Source: Verrucomicrobiales bacterium (lineage in GTDB: Bacteria > Verrucomicrobiota > Verrucomicrobiia > Verrucomicrobiales > V1-33). From it: a DNA stretch of 64,000 nt. A model generated the notes under the pieces. The model worked only from the letters and a program-made list of their open reading frames with translations. It was not told where the DNA came from and did no database searches. Shown here in pieces: positions 19,448 through 29,848 of this stretch. The stretch is from NCBI GenBank assembly GCA_031411295.1, contig JANOAV010000035.1, forward strand, positions 85,043 through 149,042, read 5' to 3'. Positions within the stretch are counted from its first letter, which is position 1, and every line of letters starts with the position of its first letter. The translations under genes and the position numbers were made by a program.

Positions 19448-22114
19448 CTAATTCATGAACAATGGTATGCTAACCGTGAAGGTAGTTCCGTGACCGACGA
19501 TGGAATTGATGTGCAGGGTGCCTCCGTGGAGATCTACGCAGCGCTTCACAATGACGAGACCGAGGCCAGTGCCAGGAATATCTCCTACGTTGCTGCCGCG
19601 TTGGAAGGCTTCGAAAAGATTTTTCTGATCCTCAGGCGGGATCCCGATACCTTGGTCGATCACTTGAAAAACCGCTAAATTCCCCTCACGTTTGCTGGTG
19701 AACTGGACCGCTCCTCCGTCCGGTGAGTATTTCACAGCGTTGTGGATGAGGTTGGAAAAAATATGCCGCAACAGCGCTTCATCAGCCTGAGCGTTACTCA
19801 GCAAGCCTTCGGTCACGCAGGTGATGGTGCATTTACGATTCGTGGCGGAGAGGCATTCATCGGTGAGTTTGCCTGCCAGAGTTTCCAGATCGCAGGAGGC
19901 TAGTTTACACGACACAGCTCCCGCTTCGACCCGGCCCAACACGAGCATTTGTTCCATCAGTCCGGCCATGTGACGCGTGGAGGAAAAGATGTCCTGTTGT
20001 AGTTCCGCGCGTTTATCGGCCGCTAGGCGTTCATCGTAATGGCGAATTAGCTCGATCGCGCTCATGATGATCCCTAACGGCGTGCGGAATTCATGGCTCA
20101 CCATGGTGACGAAGCGGGATTTCAATTCGCCCAGCTCACGTTCCTTTTCCAATGCCAGGGTGAGTTCCGCCTGGGTCTGCTTCAATTCGGCGGTGCGTTG
20201 ATTGACGCGCTGCTCCAGCGTTTGATTCAAGGCCAGCATGGCTTCCTCAGCCGCTTTTGTTTCCGTAATATCATTGTGCACCGTGACCACCTCAATGATC
20301 TGACCGGCTTCATTTTTCAAAGGATAGAGCACCCCGCCGATCCAGCGGTAGGTGGGTGGATCTTGGCTAACGGGGTAAGGAACCGGCGGCACTTGAATGG
20401 CCTGCCCTGCGAAGGCTTGGCGAATGAGGTTGACGGCACCGGAGGCGTTGAGGTCGGGATCTTGCAGCACGTTAAAAGCCAACCCCTGCTCCTCGGTGAG
20501 CCGGAAGAGTTTCATCCAGGCAGCGTTGACGCGTTTGGTCTGACCATCAGGCGCGAAAATTTGCACACTGAGCGGGCTTTGCTCAAAGAGCAGTTTCCAG
20601 CGCAACTCGCTCTCCCGGGCGGCCGCGGTGATGGACTTCAACTCCGCCGCAGCCTTCGCGTGCCTGCGGGTGGTGCGGCGCAGGATGGCGATCCAGCCTA
20701 GCAAGAGCGCCAACAACGTCAGGGCACTACCCGCCCAGAGCCAGAGTTGGCGGGAGCGCGCATGGGAGGAAACACCCAAGGATTGCACGTCGCTCAGGGA
20801 TGAAAGTCGCAATTGGATCGGTTCCTGCGGAGTGATGCGCTCTACCAGAACGTTGGCTAGCAGCTCATCATCCACCTTCAGATTCGCAAAAGCGGTGCGA
20901 CCAGCGGTTTGGTAGCTCAGAGGCACGGAAACGCCCTCATCTTCCAACAGCATGACGGTGCGCCACTCGCCACCGCCTACAGGTAATGAATGCAACAGCG
21001 TGAGGCGGCCGTGCACTTGCACGAGATCATGCGTCCATTTGCCCGCAGAGATTTCGCGCAGAGTGGTGGGGATGGGCTTTGGTGCAGGCTGGTGCCCAAG
21101 GACGCGGACGTGGCAGTAGCAGAGCGCAAATTTCTGTAACTCAGGCTCTGCGGTGTCCGCCATCGGCGTGCCCACCATCTCTACCACATCGCCCGGCTGC
21201 AACTGTGGCAAGGATCCCGCATCGGCATATTCTTCATCACTGGCTACCCGCGGCCAGGCGGTCGCCAGGAGATTGCATTGCGCGCCCTCATGACTTGCCA
21301 TGCCGCGCAGATAGATCATGCGTTCGCCAAAACGTGCCAGGACCGTGCCGGAAACCTTGACCCGAGAGCCAGGGACCGTGCGCTGGGCCGCCACTTCCGG
21401 CAAGGAAACCGCTGGGGCCTCGAAGGGGTCGGCGTGGCCAGGTTGGAGAATTTCAATTTGCGCGACGCTGGGAACCGTCATCGCGCCAAAGGCATCGTGG
21501 CTGGTCTCACTGGCATTGACGCCTGTTAGGCGAAGTTTCGCCCCCATGAGAAGGGTGGCGATCGGTGGACGGCTCTCCACCCGCACTGCCACCGTGGTCC
21601 AGCCGTCAGCGCCCACCAAGACGATCATTAGCTCGTTCGTGTGGCTCCGGAATTTCCAGCGCAGCACATGCCCTTCCACGCTGACCCATTGGTCGAAGTT
21701 CTCGAATCGATTTAGCGCCCTAATGGAAATGGGTTTCGGAGGCGGGAGGTGGCCTTGCTCATGAACCTGAATTTCACGGGCTCGCACTCTGGGATGCGAG
21801 TGGCCTGCGATCACATGGGTGAAGGTTTCGCCCGTCACCTCCAGGGACACTCCAACCTTGGGACAAACCATGTTTCCCGGCAAATGCACTCCCACGCTGC
21901 GAGTGCCATCATGCAGCGTGAGAGCATGATCCACCGGGCTGGCATCGATCACCACCCCGTTCAACTTCACCGGGGAAGCGGGCTCCCCTGGCTCCCGCCG
22001 TGTGACTTGGTCAATGCTCGTCTGTTCCTGCGCACGCATTACCCCGCCTGTAATGCTGGAAAGGATTGCGATGATGAAGAGCTGAAAACGAGGAGCGCGC
22101 ATAAAACTCGGCAA
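19448..22114 (-). CDS. Membrane sensor histidine kinase (large exported region, TM, PAS, HisKA, HATPase)
   Basis: Signal peptide, TM LWLWAG..., PAS LFEQSP, SHEFRTPLG, NLIHNAVKY, DQGIG, GTGLGL. Confidence 0.93.
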   Translation of the reverse strand: MPSFMRAPRFQLFIIAILSSITGGVMRAQEQTSIDQVTRREPGEPASPVKLNGVVIDASPVDHALTLHDGTRSVGVHLPGNMVCPKVGVSLEVTGETFTHVIAGHSHPRVRAREIQVHEQGHLPPPKPISIRALNRFENFDQWVSVEGHVLRWKFRSHTNELMIVLVGADGWTTVAVRVESRPPIATLLMGAKLRLTGVNASETSHDAFGAMTVPSVAQIEILQPGHADPFEAPAVSLPEVAAQRTVPGSRVKVSGTVLARFGERMIYLRGMASHEGAQCNLLATAWPRVASDEEYADAGSLPQLQPGDVVEMVGTPMADTAEPELQKFALCYCHVRVLGHQPAPKPIPTTLREISAGKWTHDLVQVHGRLTLLHSLPVGGGEWRTVMLLEDEGVSVPLSYQTAGRTAFANLKVDDELLANVLVERITPQEPIQLRLSSLSDVQSLGVSSHARSRQLWLWAGSALTLLALLLGWIAILRRTTRRHAKAAAELKSITAAARESELRWKLLFEQSPLSVQIFAPDGQTKRVNAAWMKLFRLTEEQGLAFNVLQDPDLNASGAVNLIRQAFAGQAIQVPPVPYPVSQDPPTYRWIGGVLYPLKNEAGQIIEVVTVHNDITETKAAEEAMLALNQTLEQRVNQRTAELKQTQAELTLALEKERELGELKSRFVTMVSHEFRTPLGIIMSAIELIRHYDERLAADKRAELQQDIFSSTRHMAGLMEQMLVLGRVEAGAVSCKLASCDLETLAGKLTDECLSATNRKCTITCVTEGLLSNAQADEALLRHIFSNLIHNAVKYSPDGGAVQFTSKREGNLAVFQVIDQGIGIPPEDQKNLFEAFQRGSNVGDIPGTGLGLVIVKRCVDLHGGTLHINSIVGHGTTFTVSIPLFMN

Positions 22115-22141
22115 CGATTACCATGAAGTCGCCACCTCCGA

Positions 22142-22161
22142 TATCCGACTAAAGTCGGATA
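22142..22161. promoter_or_regulatory. Palindromic operator upstream of the kinase
   Basis: tatccgact-aa-agtcggata, perfect 9-2-9 palindrome; recurs across 22-47 kb. Confidence 0.8.
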
Positions 22162-22336
22162 AAGACAAGGTGAGAATTTACGTTAGACCAACCCCTAGCC
22201 CACCATGCCGCGCAGCGAAGACCCGGGGCTTCCAACCACCCGAAGCACAAAAGGGAGGACAGGCGCAGCAGGCCCGCCTCCCTTTGTTTGAGGGGAAATT
22301 TCATGATGCAGAGGAGGACCATAGCTCCGCGAAGCA

Positions 22337-22921
22337 TCAAGCGGCGTGGGGCCGCAGGACTCGGAGCTGGCGCGTTAGGAACCGCAGCATGGCCAGGGTG
22401 GAGCCGATGAGGTAGAGCCAGGAGAACAAAGCGAAGAGACCGCAGAATCCCAATCCGAATTTCCAATTGGGGAGCGTGAACATCCACACGTGCTGCTGGG
22501 TGGTGTCATTGAGAAACGCCTGCACCTTCGTCCTAGCAGCATCAGAGCTGGCTGGGGAGATGGACACGGTTAAGTTTCCATTCCGCCCCAGCAGACTCAA
22601 TTCATCCTCTCCATCCTGGTGAATGTAACCTTTGTCAGGACGGCTGTAGCTGCCAGATCTACGGCTTACGGACCGATCACTCCGGATGGTCTTGGCCTCC
22701 ACCTCCGTCACTTCCGCCACGCGCTGAGTGCGCCAGGGAATGCAGAAGAGCACGCAGGTGCGGGCCGTGGCGGACACGCGGCCATCCGCGCCCCGCTCCA
22801 GGGTGATCCATGATGCCGGAAGCATGGCCGTCACCAGCACGGGGACGATGATGAAGAGCACAACGCAGATCAACTGAGTGATGAGTTTTTTGCGGATGGG
22901 ATGATCGGATGGTAAAGGCAT
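22337..22921 (-). CDS. Hypothetical membrane protein
   Basis: N- and C-terminal TM segments around a soluble loop. Confidence 0.7.
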   Translation of the reverse strand: MPLPSDHPIRKKLITQLICVVLFIIVPVLVTAMLPASWITLERGADGRVSATARTCVLFCIPWRTQRVAEVTEVEAKTIRSDRSVSRRSGSYSRPDKGYIHQDGEDELSLLGRNGNLTVSISPASSDAARTKVQAFLNDTTQQHVWMFTLPNWKFGLGFCGLFALFSWLYLIGSTLAMLRFLTRQLRVLRPHAA

Positions 22922-22954
22922 GACTTCTGATTGGCTGAAGTTTGTCTGTGTAGC

Positions 22955-23179
22955 TCAGCGCGGGGCTGCAGTGATCAGAACCGCCGAAGCGGGTGCTGGG
23001 TTGGCTCCCGCGTCCGACCACTTGTGGGTGCCAGCCTGTAGTGATCCGGCAGCGAAGCCCAGCATGGTCAGGCCTAGCAGGCGCAGCCACACGGAACGGA
23101 CCGAGCGACGTGGTGCGGCCATGGACGGACCACCGAGGCGGTGGATGATGACTTTGGGATAGGAGGCGTTTTGTTTCAT
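22955..23179 (-). pseudogene. Truncated secreted protein (signal peptide plus a few residues)
   Basis: ...RLLGLTMLGFAAGSLQA-GTHKWSDAGAN then an early stop; lies behind a copy of the repeated promoter. Confidence 0.45.
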
Positions 23180-23239
23180 ATGAGTTTCGCAGTTTGCGGT
23201 GATTGAGAGTGAGTGAAGTGGTTCCAGGGCTGTGAGGGC

Positions 23240-23374
23240 AGAAAGTGCAGCGTCAGGCCGGGCCACTCATTTGGTGTGAGTGCAGTTTCTCATGATTTGA
23301 GAAATGCGGTATTGGACCTCAGTCGGATGCGTTGCTGTTCATTAGCTGTTAGAATATCCGACTTTGGTCGGATG
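23240..23374 (-). promoter_or_regulatory. Repeated promoter copy (two operators, partial leader)
   Basis: Near-identical to 27060-27195 and 29980-30115; operators at 23310 and 23355. Confidence 0.8.
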
Positions 23375-23415
23375 GAGGACAGGATCATGTAGGAAAGAAT
23401 CATCCTGCAAAATAG

Positions 23416-23498
23416 GTAGAGAGCGAGGTAACGAGACCAGCCCCACGCCCCACAGTAAAAGCGCCACATGGTGCTGGTCTCCTGACGTCGCCCTCCAC
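23416..23498. repeat. GTAG-type REP doublet (gtag...cgaggtaacgagacc family)
   Basis: Same arms at 41086-41168 and, degenerate, at 27227-27303; extra half-site at 23506. Confidence 0.75.
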
Positions 23499-23621
23499 AT
23501 AACCCGTAGCAGGCGAGGTAACCATTTCCTCAATGAAATCACCCGCCGAAGCCAGTGCTCGCGGCGGGTGAAAATTTAGATCGGAGGCAAGAAGCTGAAT
23601 CCTAGCGACAACCATTTGTCC

Positions 23622-26600
23622 TCACGGCACTTCCTCCACCAGCATCCTCACAAAAAATCTCGGCATCGTCTGCGGCGTATGGCCCGTGGCGAAAGTTAAA
23701 AACGTCCGCCCGCCGACAACCTGAATGGTCGGGTTGCCGCGAGTCCAAACGCCGCCAGTCTCGCTGGCGAAATTATTCCAGATCGGCATCTGGGAACCGT
23801 CCTCAATCCTCATCCGCACCCGTGGATTGGCCAGTGCCGCATTACTGGCGGTAACCCTGACGTTCACGGGCGACTGCGCAGTAGGCATCGGTAGCACGGT
23901 CAGACGCGCAGCGGCGTTGAGCGATGGCTCTGCCACTGTGGGATTCGTGCCCAGAAAATACTCCAAAAGATTGTAAACACCGTCGCCATCGGAGTCAGCA
24001 TAGTTGGCTGCGGTGCCGGTGCCGTCATACTGACCCCAGTTGGTGAAGCGCCAGTTTTCCAGAGTCCCAGTGACGACGAGGCGCACTAACGCTTCGTCCG
24101 TGAGCATGGGATCCAGACGGAAGTCGAGCGTTGGCACTCCCGTGTGCGCTACCAAGGTGCCTGCCGTGGTCGGGTCAGTGACGTGCTGGATGAAGCAGCC
24201 GCGCAACGCGGAGGCATCGGCATTGGCCGTCATACGAATGCGGACCCACAGACGCACGGTCTGGCCGGGGGCAAAATTGATACCCGTTGCTGGTGTAACC
24301 GTTAGGTAGCCGGTTGAAGTAACGGACCCCACGCTGCCAACCAAGGGATCAATCCCAGACTCGAAATTCATTGGCTCACCGAGGTCGTTATAGATCTCCA
24401 CGGCACTAATGAGGGCAGACGCTTGGGCTGTCGTGAGGCCTGCACCCGGATTTAAGCTATTGCCGTAGTTCACGGCCGACAGGAGTCGAAAGCGCAGACT
24501 GCGGATCGCGGCGGAGGCATCCCCGGTGCGTCCGGCATGGGTAAAACTAAGCAACATGGCCACAGGGGCGGCTGAAGGCGTGACCGGGATAACGTCGCCC
24601 ATCCCCAGTTCCATCAGATCAAACTGACCGCAGTTGTTGTAAACGAGTTGCACCTCGTTCCCAGCGGTATCCAGCAACAAAATGTCCATGTCTCCATCAT
24701 GCTCCACATCATACACGACCATGCGATTCAAGGCGGCACCGGAAGCTGAAAAAATGACGTTGGCGGCCCCGAAAGTCCCGTCCCCTTTCCCTAAGACTAG
24801 CACCGCCACGCCACCCCCAGCGGCCACGAGATCCAGCACTCCGTCATTGTTAAAGTCTGCTGCTTCTGCGCAGCGCAGGCCCGCAGGCAGCCCAAGAATC
24901 GGCTTCGGCGTGCCCAAGGTCAAGCTCGTGATCGTGGAAGGCGCGCAATTCACGGTGCCAGTGACAGCATAGAACACATCGGAGGCTTGGTCCCGATTCG
25001 CATCGCCCGTGGCCAACAGACCGGAGGCGCTGTCCCCTTCCCACAGTGGCGTTGGATTGAGCCAAAAGCCAAAGGCCGAGCTCCAGGCATAACGATAGAT
25101 GCGGCTGCGGACCGGACTAGTCTCCGTGGTCATGGCCATTAGTTCCAGCCGACCGGAGCCATTGATTTGCACCGGGCAAATCTTCGTCACGGGTCCTATA
25201 TTGCTGACCACAATTTCCGTAGTCCAACTGGGAGTATATGCGCCACCTCTGCGCAGCAACGTGATTCCAGTGGCATGACCGATGATGATATCGTTGTGGC
25301 CATCCTGATCCACATCCGCCACCATCAATTCAGTGGTGCCGGGCGGCAGGGGCGCGACGTTTGTTACCACCCACGTCGAGGCTGCGCGTGAGACCAACTG
25401 CAATTGCCCAATGCCTTCAGCAGCGGTCACCACATCGTCACGACCATCATGGGTGAGGTCGCCCACGGCCAGCACACTAGCTCCAGCAATGGAGGTGGAT
25501 ATCACCTGCGAATTACCCAGCGCAGGCCCGACGTCGGTATACCGATGCCCACTTTCCCATTTCACCGTATTAAGGGAGGGAATGGACCACACCAGATCTC
25601 CCTCGCCATCATTGTCCATGTCCCCAGGACAAATATCTCCAATGGGGGCGGACGCATGGATGACCTGTTGGGAGCTAAACTCAGCGCTGCGGTGAATGGC
25701 CGTGTTCCGCAACCAAAAGATACTGCCGATAGCGCTATAAACGAGGTCCGGGTCACCATCACCATCCACATCACCGGAGTAGATTTCCGCAGCTTCGTTA
25801 CCAGCCAGCAGCACCTTGGGAACTAGAAAACTCCCCCCACTGTTCTCCGCCCACAAAATCTGGTGCGAGCCCTGATTACTGTTGTCCACGTAGAACGCCT
25901 GATCTCCGAACACGGCATCCAGATCGCCATCTTCATCCACGTCAACGAGGTGGGTGCCACGCACCCGGCCCGTCGTGTGATTTTGGATGGAGCTTGGCGC
26001 ATCGAATCCAGCCCCGTTCCAACGGCACCATGAACTCCGCTGAGCCAAGCCAGCGGTGCCACTAGTCAACACCAGATCGGGGTAACCGTCACGATCAATG
26101 TCCCCACTTTCCATGTGGGTAATGGATCCAGTAAACGTGATATCCGGCCAGGATTGAAAAATGCCGGACGGGGTGCCGCCCAGGGAGGCAACATTGGTCG
26201 CTCCCATCGTCAGATCCATGAAACCATCTTGATCGAAATCTTCCGTCAGCGCTTCGAGCCAATAGGTGGCTGTGACATTCTGCGTCATTGGTGGCTGGAG
26301 CGTGAAGACTCCCGCATTATTTGCCGCCCAAGCAATGCGCCGCACCGATTCCCCGGTCACGGTGTGAAACAATCCTGCATCAAGGTCCCCATCGCTGTCG
26401 TAATCACCCACAATCGCTCCTGCTTGCAGCGCGGCATCAGGAACCGCAACCTCCAGCACTTTCGTAAAAACAAAGTTTGCGTCATTGCGCAGCACGACGA
26501 GTTGCGAGGGGCTCAAGGTATTGAGGACCACATCCGTGTCACCATCGCCATCCATGTCCCGAGTTACCACCCGGCCCAGCGAGGCAGCCGGCCAGGAAAG

Positions 26601-26879
26601 CGTGGCCACCTGAGTGAACGAGGTTCCGGTGGTGTAACGCATCCATACCAAATTATGCGTGGAGGCTGTCAGCACCTCCTCCTGACCATCCCGATTGAAA
26701 TCCGCCACTCCCACCACTTTGCCGAAACTAGTTTGGATCGTCGTCGGCCCAGTAAAAGGATAGGCCATCGCGCGAGGAAGCAATGCCGCGAGCATCATGA
26801 CAGTGCAGAAGATGAGCTTCACTGCGGGACCAGCGAAGCGACGGGTGATGACTTTGGAAAGGGACGGGGTGAATTTCAT
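23622..26879 (-). CDS. Secreted FG-GAP/VCBS repeat protein
   Basis: Signal peptide; many D.D.DG..D repeats; C-terminal DSDGDGVYNLLEYFLGTNP...RFFVRM. Confidence 0.9.
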   Translation of the reverse strand: MKFTPSLSKVITRRFAGPAVKLIFCTVMMLAALLPRAMAYPFTGPTTIQTSFGKVVGVADFNRDGQEEVLTASTHNLVWMRYTTGTSFTQVATLSWPAASLGRVVTRDMDGDGDTDVVLNTLSPSQLVVLRNDANFVFTKVLEVAVPDAALQAGAIVGDYDSDGDLDAGLFHTVTGESVRRIAWAANNAGVFTLQPPMTQNVTATYWLEALTEDFDQDGFMDLTMGATNVASLGGTPSGIFQSWPDITFTGSITHMESGDIDRDGYPDLVLTSGTAGLAQRSSWCRWNGAGFDAPSSIQNHTTGRVRGTHLVDVDEDGDLDAVFGDQAFYVDNSNQGSHQILWAENSGGSFLVPKVLLAGNEAAEIYSGDVDGDGDPDLVYSAIGSIFWLRNTAIHRSAEFSSQQVIHASAPIGDICPGDMDNDGEGDLVWSIPSLNTVKWESGHRYTDVGPALGNSQVISTSIAGASVLAVGDLTHDGRDDVVTAAEGIGQLQLVSRAASTWVVTNVAPLPPGTTELMVADVDQDGHNDIIIGHATGITLLRRGGAYTPSWTTEIVVSNIGPVTKICPVQINGSGRLELMAMTTETSPVRSRIYRYAWSSAFGFWLNPTPLWEGDSASGLLATGDANRDQASDVFYAVTGTVNCAPSTITSLTLGTPKPILGLPAGLRCAEAADFNNDGVLDLVAAGGGVAVLVLGKGDGTFGAANVIFSASGAALNRMVVYDVEHDGDMDILLLDTAGNEVQLVYNNCGQFDLMELGMGDVIPVTPSAAPVAMLLSFTHAGRTGDASAAIRSLRFRLLSAVNYGNSLNPGAGLTTAQASALISAVEIYNDLGEPMNFESGIDPLVGSVGSVTSTGYLTVTPATGINFAPGQTVRLWVRIRMTANADASALRGCFIQHVTDPTTAGTLVAHTGVPTLDFRLDPMLTDEALVRLVVTGTLENWRFTNWGQYDGTGTAANYADSDGDGVYNLLEYFLGTNPTVAEPSLNAAARLTVLPMPTAQSPVNVRVTASNAALANPRVRMRIEDGSQMPIWNNFASETGGVWTRGNPTIQVVGGRTFLTFATGHTPQTMPRFFVRMLVEEVP

Positions 26880-26926
26880 GAGATTTTGGAAGTTAGATTG
26901 AGATGGGTTAAAATATTTCCAACGTT

Positions 26927-27225
26927 GTGTCGCGACCTGGCACTGTTACTTTCCGTGATTCCCCGGCTCCCTCACACGAGGGAACCCGGCGTGGCGCGGG
27001 TTACTGATGCCCACCAAGGCTGAATCAGGTCCGCGCAGTTCTCCGCCTAGAGGTTAGGCAGAAAGAGCAGCGCCAGGCCGCGACACTCATTTGGTGTGAG
27101 GGTAGTTTCCCATGTTTTGAGAAATGCGGTATTGGACCTCGGTCGGATGAGTTGCTGTTGAATAGCTGTTAGAATATCCGACTTTAGTCTTAGAAATGGC
27201 TGACAAGTCCGACGTTGGTCGGATG
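26927..27225 (-). promoter_or_regulatory. Three operators + promoter + structured 5' leader (copy A)
   Basis: Operators at 27130, 27175, 27206; leader closed by an ~18-bp stem spanning 26927-27086. Confidence 0.75.
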
Positions 27226-27313
27226 GGTAGAGGACAAAGCTCGAGACCAGCACCTCGCAGTCTTTCTCCTGCGAGGCGTGGGTCTCGTTACCTCGCCCGC
27301 TACGGGATCATGC

Positions 27314-27347
27314 AAAACACCCGCCGGAGTTTCCTCCTGCGGGTGTT
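27314..27347 (-). terminator. Terminator of the NHL gene
   Basis: Minus strand aacacccgcaggag-gaaa-ctccggcgggtgtttt. Confidence 0.7.
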
Positions 27348-27382
27348 GGCTGCGTCGGTTCAAACTTTACCGACTGCTCATG

Positions 27383-29773
27383 TCACCGCCCTTGAAGGCG
27401 ATAGAATTTCTTCGGCCCTGAGGGAGGGGCGGTGGCGGTCCAGGTCAGGATGCCACCAGCGGGCATGGTGTCAGTGCGCTCGATGGTGCTCCAGTCGAGC
27501 AGGTCGGTGGAGGAGCGGATGTCGTATTGTTCGCCCTGGGGACCGCTGATGGTGAGGGTGAAGCGATTCTGAGGATTGAAGCCGAACGCGGTGATCCTGC
27601 TGGAGAGGCCGGGACTGAAGCGCAGGAGGTTCCCGTTAGCCACCCAGATGTGACCAGCACTGTCCAGCGCCACGCGGGAGGCGCCCTGATAGGTGCCATA
27701 GACTTTTGCGGGATCACCGAAGGAGCCGTCGGGCACGACGGTGGCAGGCTGGGTGTGGGCACTTTGATACCATGCGATGTCCTTCTGATCATAGCGGGAA
27801 AGGTAAAGGGTGTCGCTGGCACCGAGGCCCAGGCCGGAGACGAGCGTGCCAGTGGCCGCGTTGTTGGTGGTGAAGTTCGGTTGCAGCAGCACTCCGTCGG
27901 CGTTGCCGTTGTTCGGTTTATTCACCGCAGCTTCAAAACGCAGCACTCGCTCATTGCCCGTGTCTGCGACCCAGAGGCGGCCAGTGATGAAGTCCACTGC
28001 GAGGCATCCAGGAAAATAAAGACCGCTGGCACTGAGCGGATGCGTGCCGGCGGTGGTGAGATTGGACGCGCCTAACACGCCGGAGGCTGCCCCGCCGTTG
28101 CCGAGAGTGATCGGGCTGTCGAAGCGCAGCACGCGATGGTTGTTGCGGTCGGAAACCCACAACCGGCGGACGACGGTCTGGAAGGTCGCATTAAATCCCC
28201 ATTCCACCGCCAGCCCGGACGGAGTGTTGAGGCGGGACGCGCCCAGTCCGCTGCCAGCGGCAGTGAAGGTTGCCTGGCCGAGCACTTGGCTGGCCGCAGT
28301 GCCGCTGGCAATCGTGGTGGCATTGGCAAAGCGGAGCACACGATGATTGCGGGCGTCAGCGACCCAAAGGTTGCCGAGTCCATCGTAAGCCAGACTGCCC
28401 GGGCCGTCCATCTTCGAGGCCGTGGTGCCGCCAGTTGTGGTATTGAAATCAGGCTGCCCTAGCACGGCCTCGGGCACACTATCGGCTGTGAGTGATGGTG
28501 CCGCAGGGAAGCGGAGCACGCGGTTTCCAGAGGCATCGGACATAAAGAGTTTCCCACTGACGGACTCAACGAGCACCTCGTTGGCCCCAAGGAACGTGGG
28601 GCGTGCGAAGGACTTCCTTCCCAACACGCCGTCCGCATCCGTGCCGTTGCCTTTGGTAGCTGCATTGTCGTGGCGCACGACGCGGTTGGTGGTGTCACCA
28701 ATCCAAAGGCGTCCGGCAAAGGCCGCAATGCTGGTCGGAAGCGTGAGGCCGCCCGCGCTTTCGGACATGCTGGCGGAGTTGAAGTCAATCTGTCCCAGCA
28801 CGAGATCGGCATTGGCTCCGATCGCCTTGCTGCCTGCAGCCGTGAAATAGAGCGCACGATGATTATTGAAGTCCGCAACCCACAGGCCGCCGTTGTCCAT
28901 CGCAGCCTTGTAAGGCCGGTTGAGACGACTCGGGCCGCCCGCACCAGGAGTCGCGCCATAGACCGACTGACCCAACAGCTTGTCGCTCGGAGCCCCATTG
29001 ATTTTGGCCCCGGGATTGTTGAATCCAAGCACACGGTTGTTATACCAATCCACTACCCACAGGCGCACTGTGGTGCCGCCGGAATTTTCCACCGCTAGAC
29101 CAGTGGGTGTATTGAACTCAGTTTCGGTTCCGCCGCTGAATCCACCCGTCATGGAGGTCTGGCCCAACACCCCGTCGGCATTCACCCCACTGCTGCGGCT
29201 GGCGGCATTGTCAAAACGCAACACGCGGCTGTTTGAGGAATCCGCCACCCACAGCCGGCCAGCGGCATCCATTTCCACATCTTGCGGTGACTTCATGCGG
29301 TTGGCCGCCGTGCCGAAGTCTGTGGAAGTAAAATTTGGCTGCCCCAGAACTACGGAAGCTGCCGCACCGCTGCTGGCGGTGAGTGCATTATCAAAGCGGA
29401 GCACCCGGCTGTTTCCCGTATCCGCCACCCAGAGTCTGCCGCCAGCGTCCACACAGATACCCGAGGGATCATTCAATTGATTCGTCCCCGCCCCAGGCAG
29501 CAACTCATCCATGTCGGCGGCCCCAAACACCGCCTCCGCCAACCCGCCGTTCTGCAGCGATGCCGCCGAACTGAAGCGCAGCACACGGTGCCGCGCACCA
29601 TCGGCCACAAACACTTTCTGCTGCACGGGATCCACTGCGATGTCCTTCGCAGAAAAGAGCCCTGCGGCTTCCATGCCGCCGATGACAAGGTCCGGGGTCT
29701 GACCGGAAGTGAAACCCGCCTGCGCAGTCGCAGTGGTAAGGAGTAAGGCGATAAGCAATGCGAGTCTGTTCAT
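27383..29773 (-). CDS. Secreted NHL-repeat beta-propeller protein
   Basis: Signal peptide; repeated LWVAD..N.RVLRF and A..VLGQP.F; C-terminal SSTDLLDW...KFYRLQ. Confidence 0.9.
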   Translation of the reverse strand: MNRLALLIALLLTTATAQAGFTSGQTPDLVIGGMEAAGLFSAKDIAVDPVQQKVFVADGARHRVLRFSSAASLQNGGLAEAVFGAADMDELLPGAGTNQLNDPSGICVDAGGRLWVADTGNSRVLRFDNALTASSGAAASVVLGQPNFTSTDFGTAANRMKSPQDVEMDAAGRLWVADSSNSRVLRFDNAASRSSGVNADGVLGQTSMTGGFSGGTETEFNTPTGLAVENSGGTTVRLWVVDWYNNRVLGFNNPGAKINGAPSDKLLGQSVYGATPGAGGPSRLNRPYKAAMDNGGLWVADFNNHRALYFTAAGSKAIGANADLVLGQIDFNSASMSESAGGLTLPTSIAAFAGRLWIGDTTNRVVRHDNAATKGNGTDADGVLGRKSFARPTFLGANEVLVESVSGKLFMSDASGNRVLRFPAAPSLTADSVPEAVLGQPDFNTTTGGTTASKMDGPGSLAYDGLGNLWVADARNHRVLRFANATTIASGTAASQVLGQATFTAAGSGLGASRLNTPSGLAVEWGFNATFQTVVRRLWVSDRNNHRVLRFDSPITLGNGGAASGVLGASNLTTAGTHPLSASGLYFPGCLAVDFITGRLWVADTGNERVLRFEAAVNKPNNGNADGVLLQPNFTTNNAATGTLVSGLGLGASDTLYLSRYDQKDIAWYQSAHTQPATVVPDGSFGDPAKVYGTYQGASRVALDSAGHIWVANGNLLRFSPGLSSRITAFGFNPQNRFTLTISGPQGEQYDIRSSTDLLDWSTIERTDTMPAGGILTWTATAPPSGPKKFYRLQGR

Positions 29774-29848
29774 GGTATGAATGAAGTTGCAGGAATTCTC
29801 CTGTTGGTTTGGGTTTTGCAGTGATTGAAGAAATGGAATCCAAAGTGA

